Position numbers and translations under genes: made by a program. From Octopus vulgaris (taxonomy: Eukaryota): 64,000 nt of DNA. Positions 40,700 to 53,923 of this stretch are shown piece by piece. The stretch spans positions 76,756,001 to 76,820,000 of the forward strand of contig OX597828.1 in assembly GCA_951406725.2 (NCBI GenBank), given 5' to 3'. The notes under the pieces are model-generated. The model did no database searches. It was given only the letters and a program-made list of their open reading frames with translations, and was not told the DNA's origin. How positions within the stretch are numbered: position 1 is the stretch's first letter; every line of letters starts with the position of its first letter.

Positions 40700-40870
40700 T
40701 AGTGAATTTGCCGTCTTTACGTTCTGAGTTCAAATTCCGCCGAGATCGACTTCTGTCTTTCATCCTTTCGAGGTCGATAAAATAAGTTAGAATTAAACAC
40801 TGGAATTAATTTAATCGACCTATGCTCCTTGCCCGAACCTGCAGGCCTTGTGCCAAAATTTGAAACCAGT
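40700..40870 (+). mobile_element. SINE family B-related partial copy
   Basis: TTACGTTCTGAGTTCAAATTCCGCCGAGATCGAC...CTTTCATCCTTTCGAGGTCGATAAAATAAG. Confidence 0.8.
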
Positions 40871-41402
40871 ATTTTTCTCTGTGTTAATAGCGCCACCTGG
40901 CCTGTGATGGCGCTCTTAGCAAATAAACTATGATAAACACAAACGCATTACATTTGAAATACAACATAGATTTTGTGGCACCCTGGGTTCTAGGATTATT
41001 CATTTTTCCGAAACAACGGGTGTCGCCTCTGAATTAAATACAAAATAAAATGAAATACGGGTACCTATAACTTAGTATAAAATATATAAGTTTACTAATA
41101 CTGCACCGTGGAGGGTACTGTAGAACAAGACTACCCAATAAAATGATCTGGCAGCGGCGGGAATTTGAAGTTCCCACTTGTAAATAGTGTAGGTTATAAG
41201 AGGCTCCGGTCCATCAGTATCCGGAAAGATGGGGTTGTGCCTGCATTTCCAATATAAGAATCACTATCACTATTATAAACAGCAACCGAATGCCGTAAAT
41301 TTACAGACACCAATAGTTTTATTTTCGGGACAAAATTTTTAACCTTTGTTACAAAGATAGAGAATTATAATTAATTAAGGAAGCCCATTGTTTGATTGAT
41401 AG

Positions 41403-41535
41403 TGGAGGCATGTGGCTTAGTGGTTAGGGTGATGGACTCATGATCGTAAGATTGTGGTTTCGATTCCTTGATCGGGCGAGTCACTGTTTCCGAGAAAGAC
41501 ATTTCATTTCATGTTGCTCTGGTGTATTCAGCCAG
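41403..41535 (+). mobile_element. SINE family C 5' half, duplicated with its flank at 42901-43130
   Basis: GGAGGCATGTGGCTTAGTGGTTAGGGTG head. Confidence 0.85.
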
Positions 41536-41987
41536 TATATTGAACGTTTTGAAACTAGCGCTGTTATTAGAATTACTCTTGTTTCTTCTACAACTACTAA
41601 CACTGCTATTTTATTGGAATCAGCTGAATTGCGATTGTCTAGAACATTCTTCACTGCTCTGTCTGAAATATTATGGACGCTACTAGTCCTCCCATGTCGC
41701 CATTGAAAAGCCGTAATAAGCCAATATTCGATATTTAACTATTTTTTAACGATACGGTAAAACCGTCTGAATACTTCGTGTTAAAACCGTCCTTTGAGAG
41801 TGAAAAACTACGTTCTTAGTTTTACAGCCACGTTTCAGTTTTCTACTCAAAGCATATCAAAATTCACTAAACACACACACACTTCACATTTGACAGATTT
41901 CCAAATCTATACCTTCGCTAAGTACTACGTAATGGATACTACTACTACTACTACTATTAATAATAATAATAATAATAATAATACCAT

Positions 41988-42029
<42 letters not shown>

Positions 42030-42900
42030 CACACCACCGCTACTACTACTACAACAACAACACATGAAACGCATTGGTGCAGAGTTAACATTTCCAAATT
42101 CATAAATGCCCTTCAGAATTGTTTAAAAATACTCAGTAGACCAATTCTGTCTCTATTTATTGTCAATTTATGTTTCTGCAATCCAACACTGTTAAACGCA
42201 TTATGGAATTAATTTTACGATACTTAAGTATAGTTGTTAATGCATTCGACATTTAACAATGTACACAACCTTTGGCCAACATACTTAATTACGAATTTAA
42301 TTACTCTATATGTAATTTCTGTTACCCTTTCTATTAATTCTACTTTCAGAGAAAGGCTTTGAATAGGCGTAGTGGTTAGACCTCTGCACAGACTATCGTG
42401 CGGTATTCGTTTCTATTCTCTGGTCTCGAATTTTACCAAGGTCAACTTTAACTACTAAGGTTTGGAGTTTGATAAATAAGGTGCCAGTCTAATACTAGAC
42501 ATCATCATCATCATCATCATCATGATCATCATCATGATGGTGATGATGATGATGATGATGATAATTCGAAAGGATTGCACTAGAAATATTGTATGAATTG
42601 TGTTAAGGGACTCGTGACTGACGTATACATTCAGCCACTGAAATATTAATTTCACAAGCCGAAATTCAGTCCATGGAATACTTGAACGCTCATCGTCGAT
42701 ATCGATGGAGAACGTAGCGTCAATTTCGCTTTGTTTTTCGGACAAATTCATACAACATATCATAAGAATCCTTATCACTATTATAACCTGCAACCGATTG
42801 CCCTAAGTTTACGGATACCAACAATTTTATATTCGGGACAAAATTTTTAACCTTCGTTACAAAAACAAAGAATTAGGGAAGCCCATTGTTTGATTGATAG

Positions 42901-43130
42901 TGGAGGCATGTGGCTTAGTGGTTAGGGTGTTGGACTCATGATCGTAAGATTGTGGTTTCGATTCTTTGACCGGGCGATTCGCTGTGTTTCTGAAGAAGAC
43001 ATTTCATTTCATGTTGCTCGGGTGTATTCAGCCGGCAAAAATGAGTAATCGTGTGACGGGCCGGTTTGCCGCCCAGATGGGGAATATGTATGCCACAAAA
43101 ACCCATAAGCTGCCCCTGTAAGTCTGTACG
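42901..43130 (+). mobile_element. SINE family C copy
   Basis: Head plus GGCAAAAATGAGTAA...CCCAGATGGGGAATATGTATGCCA body. Confidence 0.85.
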
Positions 43131-44603
43131 ACACAGGAAGGCTGTATATTGTTTTTGTATTTTAGTGGTACTGTATTTTATCGGCGTGAGAAAAGATAAA
43201 AGACAATGTGGTGGTTAGCAGGATTCAATCTTAATAATTTAAATTTCGAAAGTAAAACCCGCAGCACGTTTTATCCGTCAGTCACCCGATCGAGACACTC
43301 GAAATGTTAACCGTCTTACGTAATAATTAATAAAACAGGCAGAGGGAATACATCTTATGAGATGGAGACATACAGTTTATTAAATCATTGAATCATCTTC
43401 AAAATTTCACTGATATTAAATCAACGACGGAAATATGACAGGCGAAATCAACATGGCTGCAACTGGAAACCAGAGTGTGAAAGAAACAAGGAATATTTCA
43501 AATGTGGTTATTCGTCATTCTAACCAAACCGCTGCTACACCATACCTTCATTTATCTTCTACTTGTTTCACTGTGCGGCCTTGCTGGGGCAAGCCCTTAA
43601 AGGGTTTAGTCGAATCAATCGATCCTACTACTTCTATATATATAGGCTGAACGTGACAGAGGCTGGACGTGTTCTTCGCTAATCTGCCCTATCAGCAGCT
43701 AACCCAGCAGGGCAACTGAAAAAACAACTGTAAAAAACTGGAAGATCTACTATTTTCTGTGAGTAATTTGAATTTCCCTCAAAATAAGTTAAGGAACTTA
43801 CATATCTACAGCTTTGGACATACAAACGAACACCTAACAAAAAATTTATAAACATAAATATCCCCCAATTTTGTGTGAATATTTTGTCGTCCCCTCTTCC
43901 TTGACTATCAACTAAATGCACGATAAAAAATTTAAAAAATTATGGAAGTAAGCACCTACTAATATATACATGTATGCATATATATATATATATATATAAT
44001 GCACAACTACAAAAACTGTAAACCACAGCAAACCTTTTATAAATAAAATAAAAATTCCAAAAGGAAAAGAAATTCTCCCAAAGACTGGAATATTTACAAT
44101 TCCCTGTAAATATTTTAAATCTCCCTCAAAATAAAATAAAATAAGTTAGGAAACTTACATACCTACAGCTATCGAACACACAAACGGTCAGCTTAAAATA
44201 TGAAAAAAGAAATCTTTAATATCTACAACTAATGTGCATTGCAAAAGTCTTATTGTATTCTCCAAATAGACAGACAAATGAACATCTCAAGAATACTTAA
44301 ACACTTGAATATATAACCCAAATACGTAAACACAACTTTTACAACTCTTATTGCAACAACACAATTGAATTCAGAAATTTTTAAAAATCATCGACGTGAA
44401 TATCAGATAATATGTGTGTGTATGTATACATATGCATATGTATGTATGTGTGTATATATATATTATTATTATTTTCCTACCATTAATTGCAAATACAAGC
44501 TGAATTGCTTTTCAAGGCAGCGCTCCCAAAGGGTCCTTTGTCTCTGTGGCTGACCTCGCCACCATCTGCTGAATCTATTTATAGATTACCTCTTGCTAAC
44601 CAA

Positions 44604-44606
44604 CTA

Positions 44607-44647
<41 letters not shown>

Positions 44648-44654
44648 ACCACTT

Positions 44655-44701
<47 letters not shown>

Positions 44702-44940
44702 ACACCTACTGCTACTGCTACTACTGCTGCTGCTACCACTGCTGCCGCTGTCACTACTACTGCTACTATTGCTACCACTGTTGCTGCTGCTACTGCTGCC
44801 CCTGCCACCGCCGCTTCTGCTGCTACTACTGCTACTGTTGCTGTTGCCATTACTACTGCTGTTACCACTGCCTCTGCAACTGCTGATAGTGATATTGCTG
44901 CTGCTGCTACTACAACTGCTGCTGCTGCTGATGATGATGA
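44604..44940. repeat. Compound (CTA)n/(CTG)n trinucleotide tract
   Basis: Directly visible. Confidence 0.95.
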
Positions 44941-45570
44941 ATATTAGTGGTTGAAAATAAATATATAAAACAAACGTAGAAAAAGAATGAAAAATCTAAA
45001 AATAATTTAACATTACTTGAAAAGGTAGTGGGTAGCGAACTTCTTCACTACTTCAGGGACACGAGTTCTGGGCTGACAGTACCCGGTATGGGCCCCTATC
45101 CAGGGTTACGGAAAGGAGACAACCTTCAAAGAAATCCGGAGTGGTGCCCCGAAGGCGGTTTAGTGTTCAACTCGACACTCTTCCGGCAGCTCCTGCAACC
45201 AAGCTGGTGCCAGACGTAATGCTCTGAACTCCTTTGGACTACATCAGCAAGGTCGAGAGAGGAATCCTGACGATTGGGCTACCCAGGACTTTCTTATTTC
45301 TAGCCCAGGCCTGCGCAAAACTGGAGAGGACTCTTCAGTGCTGCTGTAAAAAAGCTGCAGAAAAAACACGGAAGGTAACAGCCACGAGTGATAAGTCCAT
45401 TCAGATTGGCGTAAAATATGGGCGCTACGGGTTACCTCTGACGGTGGGAAGGACCTCCGTGTCCTATTGGTTAGCTACTGCCCACCTCAAGCTGGGCAGC
45501 CCCCAGTTAATAAGGTGCCGATCCGCCACAGGCCGCCTGCTTCATTGGGTGCTTGGAGCTAAGAGTATGA

Positions 45571-48500
45571 CTTGAAAAGCGGCCTGCAACCTCTGCACCA
45601 AGCAAACAGCTAAAAGACAAGAAACCACCCGTCCTGCGGTTGGCAAGCTGGAATGTGAGGACCATGTGCCCTGGAATATCTGATGATCTACTCAGGGTTG
45701 AAGACACAAGGAAAACGGCCATCATTGACCGTGAACTAAAGAGACTTAACGTAGACATTGCTGGGCTACAGGAGACAAGACTTCCCTCAAACAGCAAACT
45801 CAAAGAACAGTATTTCACCTTCTTTTGGCAGGGAAGCGATACAGAAGAACCTCGTCAGCATGGCGTTGGCTTTGCAGTGAGAAACTCATTACTCTCCTCA
45901 ATATAACCACCATCAGGAGGCACTGAGCGTATCCTCTCACTGCGCCTCTCGACTTCTTCTGGCACAGTACATCTACTCATCATCTATTCTCCCACTCTCT
46001 ACAGCTCAGAGGAGACCAAGGACCAGTTCTACAAAGATCTCAACTGTGTCATTAAAAATATGCCAACAATTGAAAACATCTACCTTCTAGGGGATTTTAA
46101 CGCTGGCGTGGGATCTGACCATGATTCGTGGCCCATTTGTGTTGGACACTTTGGTATTGGCAACATGAATGACAATGGTCAGAGACTACTTGAATTTTGC
46201 ACATACCATAACCTGTGCATCACAAACACATTCTTTGCCCACAAGCCATCCCACAAGGCATCTTGGATACATCCAAGATCTCACCACTGGCATCAGCTGG
46301 ATCTCATCATTATACGGAGATCATTTCTGAATTCTGTTCAACTGACCCGCAGTTACCACAGCGCGGATTGTGACACAGATCACTCACTAATTAGAAGTAG
46401 GGTGAGGATTCTGCCTAAAAAAGTCCATCGCTCCAAGAAAGTGGGCCAGAACCTCGAACCCTACACTGCGAAAATGTTTTGCTGCTTCTATCAAGGTTGC
46501 CCTCAGTAGCTGCCGAACCTCCTCTGCTGAAAGTAGGTGGAATTATATCAGGGAAGCTTTGTATACCACATCAATAGATACTTTCGGCATGAGAGAAAGG
46601 CAAAACCCAGATTGGTTCAATGCTGGGCTCTCAGAGCTGGAGCCAGTTATCGAAGCAAAGCGTGCAGCTCTGATGCAACACAAGAGTGATTCTTCTACAA
46701 AGTCACTCGAAGAACTCAGAAAGGCAAGAAATAAAACCCAACTGACAGCCAGACGCTGTGCAAATAGGTATTGGCAGGAAATCTGTCAGAGCATCCAGTC
46801 AGCTGCTGACAGGGGCGACACCCGTGGGATGTATGCCGGTTTGAAGAAGGCCCTCGGTCAATCCGCAACCAAGTCAGCCCCTCTGAAATCAACTACTGGA
46901 GATCTCATCAGGGATCAAAGCAAGCAAATGGATAGATGGGTGGAGCACTACCAGGATCTCTACTCACGGGAGACTACAGTAGCTGAGGCTGCAATCGAGA
47001 GTGTCAAGATCTGGCCAGTGAAGTGCGAACTTGACAATCCGCCATCTATAGCAGAGCTCACCAGGGCTATTGACTCCCTAGCAAGTAACAAGGCTCCGGG
47101 AAAAGGCGGCATCCCCTCAGAGATCATCAAAGCCGGCAAAAACACCATCTTGCTTCAGCACCTTCATGAGCTTCTGTGTCAGTGCTGGGAAGAGGGTACA
47201 GTCCCTCAGGATATGCGAGATGCTAACATCATTACGCTTTACAAAAACAAAGGTGACCGTGGTGATTGTAACAATTACCGTGGTATATCTCTTCTAAGCA
47301 CTGTTAGAAAGACCTTTGCTCGCGTTATCCTGACTAGGCTACAACTACTTGTTTCTCGTATCTATCCGGAATCGCAGTGTGGCTTTAGAAGAAGCAGATC
47401 AACTATTGACGTGATATTCTCCATACGCCAACTTCAGGAGAAGTCCAGAGAGCAGAAAATGCCATTATATATGGCCTTCATTGATCTGACAAAGGCCTTT
47501 GACTCGGTAAGTAGAAAAGGCCTCTTCATCCTGCTCTAAAAAATCGGATGTCCACCAAAGCTGCTGAGGATCATCAAGTCTTTCCATTATGATATGCAAG
47601 GCACCATACAGCACAATGGTTCAACATCAGCAGCCTTCCAAATAAAAAACGGGGTAAAGCAAGGTTGTGTCCTCGCTCCTACATTATTTGGCATCTTCTT
47701 CTCGCTCTTACTCTCACATGCCTTTCAGACATCAGATGATGGAGTGTTTCTGCACATTAGAAGTGACAGGAAATTGCTCAATCTCTCGCGCCTGCGTGCC
47801 AAGACCAAAATCAGAAGCGTCGTGATCAAGGAGATGCTATTTGCTGATGATGCCGCTCTGGTATCATACACAGAAGAAGCCCTCCAAAGGCTCATTAACT
47901 GTTTTGAGCAAGCATGTAACGACTTTGGCTTAGCCATCAGCCTTAAAAAGACCAACATCATGGGTCAGGCTACATCGGACATCCCAAACATACATATTGG
48001 AGACCACAGATTACAGGAGGTGGAGAAGTTTACCTATCTTGGCTCTACCATCACCTACAACCTATCCCTTGACGCTGAGCTCAATATACGCATTGGCAAG
48101 GCAGCTGTTGCGATGGCACAACTCTCCAAACGGGCATGGGACAACAATAAGCTGACCAAGACCACGAAAATGAAGATCTACCAGGCATGTGTACTTAGCA
48201 CTCTACTGTATGGAAGTGAGACTTGGACGCCATACACACGCCAAGAGCGTCGCCTAAACATCTTTCACCTACGCTGCCTCCGGAAAAATCCTCCGCATCA
48301 AATGGCAGAATCATGTCCCCAACAAAGATGTCCTCAAGCAAGCAGGAATACCAAGCTTGTTTGCACTCCTCACACAAAGACGTATGAGATGGCTTGGGCA
48401 TGTTAGCCGTATGAAAGATGGCAGAATCCCCAAGAACATACTCTACGGAGAGCTTGCTAGGGGTACTAGGTCTGTGGGAAGACCGTTCTTACGTTACAAG

Positions 48501-48780
48501 GATGTTTGCAAAAGGGACATGAAGGCCTGAAACATCTATATTAGCAATTGGGAAGCAGTTGCCAGCCACCGTGGAGATTGGCGACGTACCGTAAAAGAGG
48601 GAATGCAAAGGAGTGACAGAGAGAGAGAGAGAAGAAATGGAAAGACAAGAAAAAACGTCAACAAGAAACTATGACATTACAATCAGCCAAGAACAGTCTT
48701 CGCTACATTTGCGGCACCTGCCAGAGGGAGTGTTTGTCCAGGATAGGACTACACAGCCACAGCAGATGTATCAGGACATG
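45571..48780 (+). pseudogene. RTE ORF: APE endonuclease, reverse transcriptase and C2H2 finger, disabled
   Basis: ASWNVRT, GLQETR, LGDFNA, DCDTDH (APE); NYRGISLLS, QCGFR, FIDLTKAFDSV, GVKQGCVLAP, FADD (RT); YICGTCQREC. Stops at 45904, 47537 and 48528; frameshifts near 46450-46510 and 48285. Confidence 0.95.
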
Positions 48781-49013
48781 AAATGTAAAAGCCGGACTAG
48801 ACTATTTTATGCTCAACTGCATTGTCTCCCGAGACAAAAAGGATGCCAACCAAAGGATGCCAACTACTTCTTTCCAAGGCTGGTACTTATTCTGTCGGTC
48901 TTTTGCGAAGCTGCAATGTTATGGGTGTGTAAACAAACCAGCAGCGGTGCCGATGCGTGGATGGTGAACAGAAAGACGCACGCATATACACAAGTATATA
49001 TATATATATACAT

Positions 49014-49088
<75 letters not shown>

Positions 49089-49099
49089 TTTGCAAAGGT

Positions 49100-49385
49100 C
49101 CTTTTCTATGTTGAACCGCGTCAGGGCAGGTGGAGCCGTGAGAGCGGGAAGGTGCTATTGAGAGATACGTAGAAGAAATATATCAAGTGCTCTAGCATCT
49201 CCCCACGCACCTGGTAGGAGAAGGTCCTGCGCTGCGATGAAGGTCACCGATCGCTAAAGCCCTTGATTCCAGCCATTGAAGAGAAAACACGAAAGAGCAC
49301 ACGAGTGGCATCACTTGTTTGTTGCATCAGGTACCTTCGCTTGCATTAGATGTCATCGCTGTTGCACATCAAGAGCCAGCTTGTG
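49100..49385 (+). mobile_element. Old fragment of a different RTE-like LINE C-terminus inside the SINE microsatellite
   Basis: GKVLLRDT*KKYIKCSSISPRTW...SGTFACIRCHRCCTSRASL resembles the RTE C-terminus and zinc finger. Confidence 0.5.
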
Positions 49386-50924
49386 TGTGTGCACAAACAC
49401 ACACACACAGGACGAGATTCTTTCAATTTCCGCCTACGAAATCCACTCACAAGTCTTTGGCTGATCCGCTCTATAAGAGAAAGCTCTTTTCACACAAGCT
49501 ACCGCTCAGAGGTACTGAACACATGGCTATATCATCAGAAAGTAAGCTTCTTACTGCAGAGCCGCGCTTCCCACACTGATCTATATTTGATTTTTTGTGT
49601 ACAAGTGCAAGTAAGCGCTTAGCAGTTCAATAAATAACTGCCAGTAATTTACTGGAAGTTAAATGCTCGGAACGATTTTAGCCCAAGGAATTATGAAAGG
49701 CAAAGTCAAACGTAGGGGTCGGATTCGAATGGGAAACTTATAAATAGTTTAAGAAATATTACACCATCCACCATTTTGTATAACGTGCCATTTCACTGAA
49801 ATTTTCGCGGTGTTAAATGACAATTAATAACGCTGCTAATTCTTTTCTGAGTGTAAGACACTGATTTCGTTTCGTTGCTCATCTCATCAAATTATGTATC
49901 TGCTAAAGTTTGTATGATCAACCTTAACATTTCTCTGGAACAATAAACTGATAATGATTATACGACGGTTATCGTTGCCACCATCTTGTTTCTTATACGC
50001 AACAATCATTAATGAGTGAATTCGCTAATGAACTATTCTGCTTAACTATGAAAAGTAAATTGTAAAATCAGCTAAATATGTTTAAAATATATATAAACAA
50101 AACATAACGTTGTTTAACAAACAAAACTATCATTGAAAATGCAGTACAAATAGAGTCAACATTGATAAACCGAACATTAAATTTATGATGTAAAAATATA
50201 TGGAAAACATATTTGAAAAATACGGAAAGATATCAACAAAAACATGAGAGAAAAATATATTAAAACCGATTAATAATAAAGCAAAATAAAGTTTTAAAAA
50301 ATAAGAAGAACAATAAATCAGCAAAAACAACGTGAAAATAAAAATTTGCTACAAACAGTAAAACAACAATAAAAAAGGTAAAAACGATAGAAAATAAAAA
50401 CGTACAGAAAAGGTAAACAAAATAGGAGACAGTTGGTGGGTGGGGTGGGGTGCGTGTGCGTGTATGTGCGTGTGTGTGTGTGAGCGTGTTGTTTCCGTGT
50501 GTATGTATACGTGTGGGTATAGGTGTGTGTATGTGAGTGAATGCACGTGTCAGGGTGTATGATTTTCTATGTAGATTATTGTGCCTATGTCTATCAGTGT
50601 GTGTGTGTGTGCGTGTGTGTGTGTGTATGTGCGTGTACGAGTGTTTGTGACAGTATGTACCTGTATCAGCGTAAATGTGTGAGAGATAGAAAGAGACAGA
50701 CAGACAGACAGACAGACAGAGAAAGAGAGAGAGAGAGAGAGAAAGAGAGAAAGAGAGAAGGAGAGAGAAAGAGAGAAGGAGAGAGAAAGAGAGAAGGAGA
50801 GAGAAAGAGCGAGAGACTGAATGTGTGTTAGAAACCGGAATCATGGGAGAACAACAACCATCACCGTCATGTAAACAATAACATGTGTATTGTTATCATT
50901 TTAATAACTGGTACAGCAACAACG

Positions 50925-50971
50925 ACATCATTGATAATACAACAAAAATAACAACAACAACTACTACTGCC

Positions 50972-51027
<56 letters not shown>

Positions 51028-51183
51028 TGATGATGATGATGCTGATGAGGATGATGATGATAACAACAACAACAACAACAATAATAATAGTAATAATAGT
51101 AATAATAATAATGATGATAATAATAATAATAATAATAATGATAATAATAATAATAATGATAATAATGAGAATAATGATGATGC

Positions 51184-51214
<31 letters not shown>

Positions 51215-51795
51215 AACAACAACAACAACAACAATAATAGTAATAATAGTAATAATATTAATAATAATAATGATGATAATAATAATAATAATAATAATGA
51301 TAATAATAATAATAATAATAATGATGATGATAATAATAATAATAATAATGATAATAATAATAATAATAATGATGATGATGATAATAATAATAATAATAAT
51401 GATAATAATAATAATAATGATAATAATGAGAATAATGATGATAATATGATGATGATATGATGATGATGATAATAATAATGACAACAACAATAATAGTAAT
51501 AATAATAATAATAATAATGATGATAATAATAATAATAATAATAATATAATAATAATAATAATAATGATGATGATGATAATAATAATAATAATAATGAATA
51601 ATAATAATAATAATAATGATGATGATGATAATAATAATAATAATAATGATAATAATAATAATAATAATGATAATAATGAGAATAATGATGATGCTGATGA
51701 TGATGATGATGATGATGATGATAACAACAACAACAACAACAATAATAGTAATAATAGTAATAATAATAATGATGATAATAATAATAATAATAATG
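50925..51795. repeat. Compound (AAT)/(GAT)/(AAC) microsatellite with a higher-order repeat
   Basis: Directly visible; recurring GAGAATAATGATGATGCTGATGAT...AACAACAACAATAATAGTAATAATAGT module. Confidence 0.92.
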
Positions 51796-52380
51796 TGATA
51801 TTGATATTAGTAATCAGTGTTGCTGCTATCTCCGTTGTAATCATTGGCGTTGTTGTCATCGTTGAATGTCATCAACAACTTAATCTTCTTCGCCATAGCC
51901 GACATAATAATTAACTTTTAAATCGAATAATAACTAACGAGTTATAAATGTGATCGTGTGTGCGTGTGCGTGTCTGTGTATGTATGTATATATGTAGATA
52001 TGTATGTATGTGTGTGTGTGTGAGTGTGTGTGAAACTAATTTTGTGTGTATGTGCGCGCTTGTGTTTGGATAGTTTTTTTTTTACTCAATTTTCTCTCCA
52101 GTACAGAGAACTAGGGCATCACGAGGAGAACGGGATTCGATCCTTGGAATTTAGACATCAACTGAACAGACATGACGTACGTACGTACCTATGTATGTGT
52201 GTGTGTATATATGTATGCCAGGTATGTGTATACAACTGCAGCATATTAGCTACGCATACATATAATCATGTATATGCGGATGTATGTGTGAATTTATGTA
52301 TGTTTGGCAAATGCATCCCTGTAAGTATATAAGCAATTAAATTGTACCCATGCTTCCATATACACATATGTATGTATATA

Positions 52381-52962
<582 letters not shown>

Positions 52963-53585
52963 GGGAGGGAGAGAGAGATGGATAGATACATACATATATA
53001 CATATATACATACATAAAAACATACATATGTATGTATAATGCATGCGTATATATTATGTATATTATTCCATCGCAGCAAGAAGTTTGTTTAGCTTTGCAT
53101 CAATAGTGAGAATTCAGTTGTTTACCAAGTTCCTTGCATAGAATAGAACGGCGCCAAAACGTGGAACCATTTTCACCCTGACTCGTTAATGGGGCGCTTT
53201 TCTTATGTTTTACAACTGCCAAAGTTAACTGTGTAAAGAAAAGGAATGGAATATGTAAGCAGTAAGGTGAATGTAGTTAAACTTGTAAAATGTCATTGAA
53301 ACTTGTGTTCTCGCCGTTGTAATATGATGTAACATAAGTTGTAATTGTCTACCTGTGTACATAACAGTTACAACGACAGGTTTGAGGTGACATATATGCA
53401 TACACACCCACCCAAACACAAACATACACACATACGCACACACAACAAAGTCAAGATAGAAATACGTGCATACACACACACACACACACACACACACATG
53501 CGTGCACATAAATAATTTCACAGATCAGCTTGAGCATGCAGTCTCTTCAAATATGATAGGCAGACAGATAGACTGGCAGGCAGTC

Positions 53586-53665
<80 letters not shown>

Positions 53666-53666
53666 G

Positions 53667-53736
<70 letters not shown>

Positions 53737-53786
53737 CAGACAAAGATTGAGATTAGATAAATAAGTAAATTGATTGATAAATAGAT

Positions 53787-53827
<41 letters not shown>

Positions 53828-53870
53828 AAGACATAGAAACAGAGACAGACAGACACACAGACAGACTGTG

Positions 53871-53923
<53 letters not shown>

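Larger units (their letters stand above)
43636..48862 (+). mobile_element. RTE-clade LINE insertion (5.2 kb including a long 5' leader) that splits a minus-strand family A SINE
   Basis: TSD ACTACTTCT at 43627-43635 and 48863-48871; the two SINE halves (43555-43635 and 48863 onward) rejoin to the family consensus; tail (AAGGATGCCAA)x2. Confidence 0.75.

Noticed and set aside
44487-44954. Poly-Leu / poly-Cys-Tyr / poly-Ala-Val ORFs
   Set aside because: Stop-free frames of a CTA/CTG repeat
45047-45054. ACTACTTC as a proximal TSD for the RTE
   Set aside because: The distal 9-bp match at 43627-43635 also restores the interrupted SINE, so it is preferred; the proximal match is not fully excluded
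50867-51914. Poly-Asn/Asp and poly-Ile ORFs
   Set aside because: Frames of an AAT/GAT microsatellite with no flanking protein-like sequence
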